Shown here: piece after piece, positions 52,892 to 64,000 of the stretch
Layout: every line of letters starts with the position of its first letter
Position numbering within the stretch: position 1 is the first letter of the stretch
Source of the DNA: Octopus sinensis
Taxonomy: Eukaryota
Direction of reading: 5' to 3'
NCBI RefSeq assembly: GCF_006345805.1
Contig: NC_043017.1
Coordinates: forward strand, 15,004,001-15,068,000
Length of the DNA: 64,000 bases
Translations under genes and position numbers: made by a program
The notes under the pieces: model-generated
Told to the model about the DNA's origin: nothing
The model's database searches: none
The model's input: only the letters and a program-made list of their open reading frames with translations

Positions 52892-53283
52892 CTCCTTCTC
52901 TCTTTCTCACACACACAAACACACTCTCTCTCTTTCTCCCTCTCCCTCTATCTCTCTCTCTCAATATTGATTTCATTTGCTGTTTCCTTCAGAAATTATT
53001 AATGAACCCAAACAGACAGAATCATTTTCCTGATAGAATATAAATAATTGCTATTTACTGTCAATTCAACTTATTTCATCTGTTTCCAGTTTGCTTCCTA
53101 TTCTATAGCGACGCATCACAGACTCTCCATCCTCTCTGTCGTCCTCCTCGCAAAATACTTCTCCGCTCTTCTTATTTTTGTTGTTGTTGCTGTTACTTCT
53201 GTTCTTCTTCCCGTTCTTGCCATTGTATTTCATATCCAACTTTGATTTTTCATATATATGAATATATATATCGTATATATTGT

Positions 53284-53330
53284 ATGTAAATGATGCACAG
53301 ACACACACACTTGCGCGCGTACACACACAC

Positions 53331-53390
<60 letters not shown>

Positions 53391-53480
53391 ACATATATTT
53401 ACATGAATATATATGTATGTAAATGATGCACAGACACACACACTTGCGCGCGTACACACACACACATATATACATATATA
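53284..53480 (+). repeat. local tandem duplication (~133-bp period) in microsatellite context
   Basis: ATGTAAATGATGCACAGACACACACACTTGCGCGCGTACAC occurs twice. Confidence 0.8.
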
Positions 53481-53664
53481 TATATATATACTGGATATAT
53501 ATTTACTAATATATATTTATTTATTTTTAGTGTCTCAGTAAAATATATTTTATATATCGTCACTCAACTTTCCAATAGCATCCTCTCCCTATCCATCTCT
53601 CTTCCTCTCTCTCTCTCTTTCTTTCTTTCTCTCTTCCTCCTTTTGTCCGTCTGTTTCTTTTTTG

Positions 53665-53709
<45 letters not shown>

Positions 53710-54844
53710 GTATACATATATTTACATGAATATATATGTATGTAAATATACACATATTTATGTATGTTTACATTTCCACACACACACCCACACCCGCGCA
53801 TACCCACCCACAATCCCTACCTTCCCCCTCCATTCTTCTGTATATGTCTTCACAGTGAATCCCGTCTCGTCAATGGGAACAATATGGTTATTATACACAG
53901 ATACAGAGATATACGACAAAAATAAGGAATATACAAATAAACAACAAAAGCAAAAAACTATGGAACTGTCTTCTCCATCGTCCGCCACGTCGCCCACCTC
54001 AGCATCCGCTGCTGCTGCTGACATCATACATCAATGCAACGTCAAACAGTTTCTTTGTTGCTGGTCTGTCTCAGACTTTGGTGATATCCGATTGACACCA
54101 AGGATTACTTCTCCTGTAAATAGAACTGCTTCGGCAGAGCTTGCACTGGCAAACATGTTTTGTCTGTGCAACGGAAACACACAGAAAGGCTTTGCAGTTC
54201 GGTTTTTTTACAATCTGACACACTGAGAAATCTGTGTGGTTGTCAACAAACCACAAGGAATACAGTTACACTTTTTAGGCTGGTTTGTTTTGCATTTTAG
54301 GAGCCAAGATGTAAATGCCCTGGCTCCCTGTCTTACAGGTTCCCTTTACCATTATGCACTATGCTGGTCACCCTCCTGTACATGGTGACCAGTGTGAAGG
54401 AAGTCCTGTCATAACTGCAGCGGGACCTAAACTGGTCCTGCTTAGGATCACTTATTGTCTTATCTTTTGCATGGCTTTATTCGTTACTTATTTCGCAGCA
54501 AACTTCTTTAATCTATCAATTTAACGCCACTACCTCATTTGCTAACATTCGGATTCGAGATTCTGCTTTTCATATAGAGTGTTCCTTTCCATCCAATATT
54601 TATGACAAAGCGATGAAAAAGAAAATACAAAATCCTCGAAAGCTATAAACTGTAAGGTAGTCATTGACGCAAGAGGAGATAACTCGGTCAAACACCACAA
54701 TGGCATACTAGTTCCAAAGCACCAGATTTCGACTCACGTTGATGTAATTAATTATCTGGAAATCATTTTTACATGTTTAATATATGTATGTACATGTGTG
54801 TGTAAGTGAAAGGAAGGAAAAAAGCAGTTACTACAGTATCCTTT

Positions 54845-55700
54845 TTATTTCATATGACGTGCTGAAGATATATTCAATGCAGATATTAAAAAGCTATGGT
54901 GATAACACATCCTTGTTTTACACCTATTTTTCTTCTTTATTCGTCTTGACAATTCCTGATCTATTTTGAACGCTGCCTTCGTGTTCCAATCCAACACACA
55001 AATTATGCTTATGGCCTTTCCTTCTAATCCGGCATTTTCCAAAGCGTTGACGAGCTCTTTGTCGTGCACATAGTCAAATACCACAGCATCATTTATGGAA
55101 CAAGCAGAGTTTTTTTGTACATGCATTTGCTTTCGCGTTAAAATGTTGAAGCAGACAATGGCTCCTCTTGTATGTCTGTTAACTTTAAATCCCAAATACT
55201 CCTCACTGACTTCTACATGTATTTTGATTTTTATTCTTCCAAATAAGGTTACTAGAAATATTATAAAAATATGAGATTCAGAGATGTCATTGAAAAGGTC
55301 TGCGAGTTTGTCAGAAACATAATCTTCTGATGCTTCAGAAATCTTACCGGTCCTGGAGCTTTGTCTTTTCTCATCCGGATAGCATGTTTCACCTTAGACT
55401 TTAAAACGTTGCGTTCATTAAGGCTAGATGGTGAGGGCTTTTCGAGCTTTTCATCCTTAAATAGCTGTTCTATATACTCGCTCCATCTTTTCATGATCTC
55501 TGTTACAAAAAAGTTTTACATCTTTGTTTCTATTCCGCCTCTTTTGGACATTTTTCTTTCTCCTCCTCTCTCTTTCTCTCTTTTTTTTGACATTTTTTTA
55601 TAAATTTTGCAGTTTTAGTTTGTGCGTAGGTCTCTTGATATGTTATCATGTTATCATTATTACCTCTTTGACTACAATTCTGAATTAGTAGCAGTAAGCA
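54845..55700 (-). pseudogene. decayed RTE-clade (BovB-like) reverse transcriptase fragment
   Basis: KRWSEYIEQLFKD...VKHAIRMRKDKAPGP and FDYVHDKELVNALENAGLEGKAISII..LDWNTKAA..IDQELS. Confidence 0.7.
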
Positions 55701-56459
55701 TGTCGAAACCAATTCGGAATGTGGGTTAAAGAGGTTTTTATGATAAAATACTAAATATATTTGCTGTTTATTTTTTTCACTTATGCGAAGTTCAACTCTT
55801 TAATCAGTTTTATTTTTTCACAAATATCTTTTTAACCATAAATCCGAATTCGTTTCGACCTGTTTACATAATGGCTCTATTAAATTCTAATAGCTCACAC
55901 CTTATACTTTCCTATTTTTCCAAACAAGTAATGAAAGAAGGTATCTTAGAATAATGATATGTTAAAGAAATCTCTTTAGATAATGACAACCTATCAACGA
56001 TATACGATTTTTTTCTTCCTTTCTTTATTACATTTTTTACAAACTTTTTCTACCCACGTCTAACTTCCTCAAAGATTCAAACATTTCCTCACCCTACCAC
56101 TGGCCAAAGCTAACCCTTTTTTTTCACTTTATATATTTCAATTCTCTCCAGACTTCAAGTACAAGATAATAGAGACCTAATCTCGCCTCACCTCTTATTC
56201 CTCCTCCCACGTAACACCCCACCTCTCTCTCTCTTTCTCTCTTAGCTATCCTTTTGGAAGCTATTTGTCTACCCTTCAACTTCCTCTCCTTTAATACACA
56301 ATTTTTTTCACGGATGCTTTCATGACAATTTAAAATTCTAGAGATGTAACAATGAATATATTTCATACTAATTAAATATTTATTTATGTTAATCTATATT
56401 TTTTGTTGAGGCTTCATGCGTAGACGTTCCGTTTTGTACCAATCTTCAAAGTTGCTTAG

Positions 56460-56516
<57 letters not shown>

Positions 56517-57019
56517 ATATATACATACATATGTATGTATGTATGTATATATGTATGTATGTATGCATGTATGTATGTATGCATGAATGTGTGTGTGTAT
56601 GTATACACACACGCATCCATATATGTATGTATTTACGTAGGTAGGTATATATACGTGTATATACATTATATAGATACATATAATACATATGTACTATATG
56701 TACTATGCTTAAAGATAAATACGCACACTTACAAAAACACACACGCGTGCACACACACACACACGCATACACATGCACACACACTTTCCACTACAGAGGA
56801 ATATACATAAAAAACTGATATGTATCTCTTTCAGTAAAACATTTGAATAATTTATGATTCAAAATTAAGAATAGATGAGATTTAACACCAATTATTGAAC
56901 GTACGTTTAGTATGTAGATCTGTCTCTCTTTCTCTCTGTGTATATATATATATACACCACACACACACACACACATACACATATATATGTATGTATGGGT
57001 ATTTTTATAGTTATATGTA

Positions 57020-57060
<41 letters not shown>

Positions 57061-57336
57061 TATATATTCGTATGAAAGTATATGTGTACAGGTATGTATA
57101 TGTATATTTCAACGTATATGTGTATGTGTTTAAATATCCATTGTCCATATTAGAGTGAAAATAATAGATGTACATGCACACGCAAATACGCGTGCACACA
57201 TATGCGTGCACACACATTCACACACACACACAGGCATATATACGTGTGTGTATATATATATATATATATAACATATCTGCATATATGTGTATGTGTATGC
57301 ATACATTCAATATGCATGCATATCTATCTGCAGGTA

Positions 57337-57404
<68 letters not shown>

Positions 57405-57689
57405 TATCCACACCCATGCACTTTCCCATCTATGCTCTTGTTTGTCTACGTGTATATACACATGTATATGTCTCTCTATATGCGCATCTCTCATCTCTCT
57501 CTCCCCCTCCGCAGTTCGTCGATGTACTCTAATATATTTAATATAAATATTCAAGTTGTCTTTCATCTTCCGCCATATTGGGTTGGTAGATCGATAGACA
57601 CCATCGATTACTAGTCTTTACATCAATATTTCTTCATTAATGTAATCAGACACATCCATATCACACGATACCTCCATTGTGTCAACAGT

Positions 57690-57759
57690 CTCTCTTCTTC
57701 TTCTTCTTCTTCCTCTTCTTTTCGTTGCTGTTGTTGTTGTTGTTGTTGTGATGACTTAA

Positions 57760-57808
<49 letters not shown>

Positions 57809-58298
57809 CTACATGTTCTTCTTACTGTTATAGTTGGTCCTGTGGCTGCTACTTTAGTAGTTTTAGTTGTCGTAGCAGCAGCACCAGCAGCATCTGCAGT
57901 TGTAATGTTTGTATGTAGTAGTAGTTGTGGTTGTAATAGGAGTTGCAGTAGAAATAATAACAATAGCAGTAGTAGCAGCAGCAGCATTTATTGTAGTATC
58001 TGTAACTGCTCACTGCACTGGTTGTTCGCGGCAGAGGTCTTTCATCTGGCTGCAGCTGTTTTAGCAATGTTTGTTGTTGCGTTTGTTGTTTATTACTATC
58101 GTTGTCTTCAGCTTTCAACTGTGCCTTCCACTAGATGTCGTTGGTAGTGGTGGTCCTGGTGGTGGTGGTAGTGGTGGTGTTTGCGGTCGTTGCGGTGGTG
58201 GTTTCATTGTTGCTGCTATTGGACCTGTTGTTGGTAATGGTGCCAGTGTTGATGACGATGAAAACGGTCTTGTTGCTCCCTGGGCAATAGTAGTAGTG

Positions 58299-58334
<36 letters not shown>

Positions 58335-58380
58335 TAGTAGTAGCACTAGCAGCACAGCAGTAGTAGTTGCTGTTGTCATT
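57690..58380. repeat. mixed triplet (CTT/GTT/GTA/GCA/GGT) and (CT)n low-complexity tract
   Basis: Direct reading. Confidence 0.9.
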
Positions 58381-58574
58381 TAGCCACGGGTCATGTCACA
58401 ATTAACATCAGGTAATTTTTCTTGTAATTCTAATTGTATAAAATATTTGTCCATCACTTTATTTTGTCAGCACCCCGTTACTTAGCTATATGTTTTCCAG
58501 GAAGAAAACGTCCCAAGGAAATTTGCAGCAACTTTGCACTAAAGATAGAATGTTTATTCACTTAAAATCTTTAT

Positions 58575-59024
58575 TTTTTTCTTCCGTACGTCAGTCGTAT
58601 CGTGGAAGAATCCGTAAAATTATGCTTCAGCGACGAGGTTTAACGAGGTAGAAAGTTAGAAATCGATGCAAAATTATCGCCCCTTCTATGAACGCTCATC
58701 AACCTTCGTCTTTGCCGTATTACTCTCATTCTATACGCCAGTAAATTTCTAGGTTGCTCCCTTGTCCGGAATTTATCCAGCTAATATGTTTCTACTCCCC
58801 CCACCCCACCGGACACACATACTACTGAAGCTTTTTTTAAATAAATTAATATTCATTGACTCCTCACTACATTAATTAGAATGTTGGCACCAACTGGAAT
58901 TCTCTAACTTTCAACACTGCACAATTCTCACCAAAATCAACTCAAAACTGTTACAAACTTCACACATGCAACAACAAAAACAACGGCCACGACCATAATG
59001 ATGGCACAAACTACAGCTTTTTCA

Positions 59025-59057
<33 letters not shown>

Positions 59058-59848
59058 CTTCTATCTCTATGTCTTTCTCTATATTACCACGAATTAAATA
59101 TTCATTCACACGAAAGCAATTCGTATTTATTCAACTGTAGATGTGTATAGATACTATGCACACGCAGACTAACGGACACACGCGCTCTCACACGCACACA
59201 TTTACGCATATATGTTAATATGATAGCAAGCAGAGCACCATCCGGCGTGTAGCCTCTCTCAGAATGGAAATGATGATGATGACGATGATAATGATGTTAA
59301 TAGATATGAATTTTCACTTTAATTGTATATATACGAAATATATAGGCGCTATTGAGGATGCGATGTAATATAGATGGCGTTTATAATGATATTAACGCTG
59401 TAAACCGAGTGAGATCATAAATGGTGTACAACGCTGAAAGGAGACACAAAATAGATTACTGCAGCCACATCTAGGATGGCGCTGCCGTCATAGATACGAG
59501 CCTCTGAAAAGAGAAAAAAAAATCATCGGACGGACTGGGACGAATTTACTGAATTTTTTTTTTTTTTCTTCCGTATGTCAGTCGTATCGTGCAAGAATCT
59601 ATAAAATTATGCTTTAGTGACGAGGTTTAACGAGGTAGAAAGTTAGAAATCGATGCAAAAATATCAAAGCGCAACAACCTTCGTCTTCGCTGTGTAACCC
59701 AGGTCCTGTATACCAGTAACTTTCTAGGTTACTCCCTTGTCCGGAATTTATCAATGTATCTACTCGCCCCCACCACCACACACACACATACTACTGAAGT
59801 AGTTTAAATAAATAAATATTCATTGACTCCTCACTACATTAATTAGAA
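58575..59848 (+). repeat. ~290-300-bp direct repeat pair (58575-58880 and 59562-59848)
   Basis: TTCTTCCGTA.GTCAGTCGTATCGTG...GACTCCTCACTACATTAATTAGAAT is shared. Confidence 0.88.
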
Positions 59849-60097
59849 TATCTAATAACACATCATCATCATCATCATCGTTATCGTCATCATTTTCATT
59901 CAGAGAAACACCACACTCCGGGCGGTGCACTGCTTGTTATCCTATTAACATATATGTGTAAATGTGTGTGTGTGTTTATGCGTGCGTTAGTACGCATGTC
60001 ATATATACGCATCTTCTCACCTGCAGACATGCTGCCTCATCTCCCTCTTGTTTCCACCTCAGTGACGATGGTCTCTAGTGGTTTCCTGTCCCAATCA

Positions 60098-60147
<50 letters not shown>

Positions 60148-61073
60148 CGTGCGCTCTCTCTCTGTTACCTCCATTTCGTCTTCTTAAGCCCTTCGCTCGC
60201 AATGGAACATCATTCGTCGACCACTTTTCTCACTGACCTCATCTCTCAGATCTTGGTTTCGAATTGTCACCGATGCTCTTGTAACTTTATTTCCAAGTAA
60301 CTGTTATGGCCCCAAGCAAAATCCCTTTTACATTTGGCAAAAAGTGGTCCATATTACCTCTGGCGCCTATCCCCTGCCTTATCCAGCATGGTAGACTCTA
60401 GCAGGAGCTATTGTTCCCCCGGCATATCTCTCATGGTTCATTGAAGCATACAAGGTACCATACAACAAAGACTGGACTTTATGGTGGTTCCTATCCTATT
60501 CTCACTCCATTATCACACACGCACACTGCGTCCACGCCATGTCCCACTCCAACAACAACATCTACAATGTTAATTTTCTGGAAATTTTCTTTCTTCTGGT
60601 GTTTTCTCTGCAGCCATTCCCTTGCGGCTGCCCAACCAACATACAATGGTTACGAAGTACCCAAGAAAAACGAGGACAGTGTTCTTTCCCTCAGAATAAA
60701 CCATTAAAAATAAACTGGCAATCAATATGGAGACACACACAGAGCTATTTAGAAGCCGGACGTTTCTTAGATGGTGTCCAGGAGCTTGTTGGAAGGCAGC
60801 CAGAAGGCAACCGGAAGTCTGGCTTTCATCCAAACATGCTTTCTTTAAAGAAGAAAGAAACTCGCTGAGACTTCACGACTGGAATCGAGGCTGGACGATC
60901 GACAAACCGCTCTACCATTGTTCTCTGCGATTGTTGCACATGCGCACAAGAACACACACATAGACATGCATGTGTATAAATCCAAGCGCACACACACAGA
61001 GACATCTAAGCTTATATTCGCATGTATACACCATTTATACGTTTCTGTTTACGAATATTAACACATATATATA

Positions 61074-61127
<54 letters not shown>

Positions 61128-61129
61128 AT

Positions 61130-61717
61130 ATCGTGACGTATATTTGCCATTTGAATATAGCTAGCCCCTAAGGCTGGATGCTACTGTAGTTTGTAGCCCC
61201 AGGAAGACACCTCCTCCAGCTGGCTATAGACACACTTTCTGTGCCCAGCTGAAGGAGGTGTCTTCCTGGGGCTACAAACTACAGTAGCATCCAGCCTTAG
61301 GGGCTAGCCATATTCAAATGGCAAATATACGTCACGATGTGTTGCCGCTACTGTTTATAACTCGCTCTGAGATTTATCATTGTTTGATTTCACTTTTTCA
61401 ATATCAGTGTCAATCGATACTGGAAAAAGTATATGTATTTGTGAGGGGAATTGACTTCTCGTCGACAACCATGATTGTCACACGCCGATGATAGGTCGAG
61501 TCCGTGTGTATCATAAGTTGAAGACAGGACGGATGACTTTCCTTCACAAATACTGATAGGGCACAGAAAGTGTGTCTATAGCCAGCTGGAGGAGGTGTCT
61601 TCCTGGGGCTACAAACTACAGTAGCATCCACCTTTAGGGGTTAGCCATATTCAAATGGCAAATATACGTCACGATGTGTTGCCGCTAATGTTTATAACTC
61701 GCTCTGAGATTTATCAT

Positions 61718-61718
<1 letters not shown>
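61130..61718. mobile_element. fold-back plus partial tandem unit (Penelope pseudo-LTR-like layout)
   Basis: Palindrome 61130-61338 (94-bp arms); 61245-61382 repeats at ~61584-61718; 61130-61246 is the reverse complement of ~61559-61675; (TA)n on both sides. Confidence 0.7.
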
Positions 61719-61749
<31 letters not shown>

Positions 61750-62217
61750 TATATATATATACAAACACACGTACACACATGCACACACACAAACATACAT
61801 ATACAGTTGCGACACCAGTAGAAAGTCTACAACTTACGAATGCACATATTTCAATGTTTCTCTATAAATTGTGAGAACAATGCATCATTATGTAAACGCG
61901 TTGCTTGTGCAAAGTATTTGCAGAAGATTTCCCCAAAACTCCCTGCTTGTTTTCAGACTTGCTTCATACGTCGTGAGCGATACAAGCTGTCCTTTCAAAA
62001 GTCTCAAATTGCGCAAATTGAGAATGAGCGTCATAGTTGACGCATGCAGGCCAGGGAAATGTGCAGCGTGTATCAGATGGGCTTCACAGGGCATTTCGTT
62101 TATGTCTTCAGTGTCCTTCCGTACTTACGCTTACCAAAACCGTAGCACTGGAACATATGAACTAACAAGCAAGAAAATAAAATTGGTATATAAAAGTTAA
62201 ACAGGCACGGAAACACA

Positions 62218-62248
<31 letters not shown>

Positions 62249-62849
62249 GCGCACAGAAACACAAGCACACACACACACACATACACAAGCACACACACAT
62301 ACACATACACAAGCACACACACATACACAGAAACACACACACACACACAAGAGTGTTATCTGTTACAAGCCAAACAACTAACTTTGGAAGTCTGGTGACA
62401 GCGAGTAACGTGAAGAAATGTGTCATATACGTAAATTATAATTTAATTTTTATTAAATTTCTATACGAAATAATGAAATGAATACAAATTGTCGAAAGAG
62501 AAATAATTATTACCTTCAAATAAAATTAAATAAAACTCGTTTCTCATTTGTATATTTGCAATAAATATATGTTGTTATTTTTCTAAATTTTATCAGCATA
62601 ATTGCAATCTACTTCATCGCAAACATATTGCTGCCTCATTTCATAAAAGAAAAAAAATATGTATCTTTAAGAACAGCACGCTGATGTTATACTTCATATG
62701 TTAACTCTTCTTTACTTCTTTTTTGATTTTTCCCCTGCTCTTTCTAAACGAAGTAAAGCGTGAGACCGGAGAAGTGAACCAACTAACATTTATATCGGCT
62801 ATTTTAACCACACACACACTCAAACACACATACACACACAGACACGAGC

Positions 62850-63662
<813 letters not shown>

Positions 63663-64000
63663 AGGTAGATGCACACACACTCGTGGACCCATAAAACAAA
63701 AGTTACAAAATATAACACAATTTCGAATCTCCCTATTTCTCTTGACTTTCACATCGATTGCTAACATCTATTGAATAACGCAGCATTGGGACCCCCGGAT
63801 GGGGCACCCCAGCATTGGGAAACCCCAAGAATGGGCCACACCCAGAATGGGGCAACATGTAGTTGACGCAAGTGAAGAGAAAAGTAAACTCTGTTGAAAT
63901 ATCTTAAATATTCTTCAGTTTTCAGTTTATTTATTTATTACTGAACTCTTTCGGTGTTTATACCATATTATGAATATATTTTAATCTTTTCTATTATAGG

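Noticed and set aside
53959-54226. ORF MELSSPSSATSPTSASAAAADIIHQ... as a host gene exon
   Set aside because: Low-complexity start, no recognisable domain and no convincing splice donor; cannot be supported without RNA data.
57842-58379. Poly-V/S/G/T ORFs suggesting a mucin-like or repetitive protein
   Set aside because: Derived from mixed triplet microsatellites open on both strands; no splice or domain support.
58575-59848. LTR retrotransposon or TRIM
   Set aside because: No TG/CA termini, PBS, PPT or TSD visible.

Overview
AT-rich, repeat-saturated eukaryotic DNA with no confidently identifiable host gene. From my recognition of its tRNA-derived SINE families and its very long (TA)n/(GATA)n/(TAA)n tracts, I infer an octopod cephalopod; a BLAST would settle this. 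Nearly all '[12 protein letters not shown]' ORFs are microsatellite artefacts. Real coding remnants are all transposon-derived and decayed: two CR1/Jockey-group LINEs (one near full length with a CCCH finger, APE and RT), R4/Dong-type RLE LINE 3' ends, an RTE-type RT fragment, a mariner/maT transposase 5' half, and a 1.5-kb gag/ORF1-only element. There is also a head-to-tail array of non-autonomous Helitrons. The main result is a set of at least 7 type I hammerhead ribozyme (HHR) motifs, read directly from the sequence, in several different non-coding repeat units. Three lie in register in a ~590-bp tandem array (5123-6725). One (18303-18345) carries the compensatory U3-A8 core variant at the tip of a long stem. 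These units show the tandem and inverted-end layouts of Penelope pseudo-LTRs or retrozymes, lie beside (TA)n tracts, and have no Penelope ORF in the window. This points to a non-autonomous, ribozyme-processed (possibly circular-RNA) retroelement system. Self-cleavage and circularisation are inferred, not shown.
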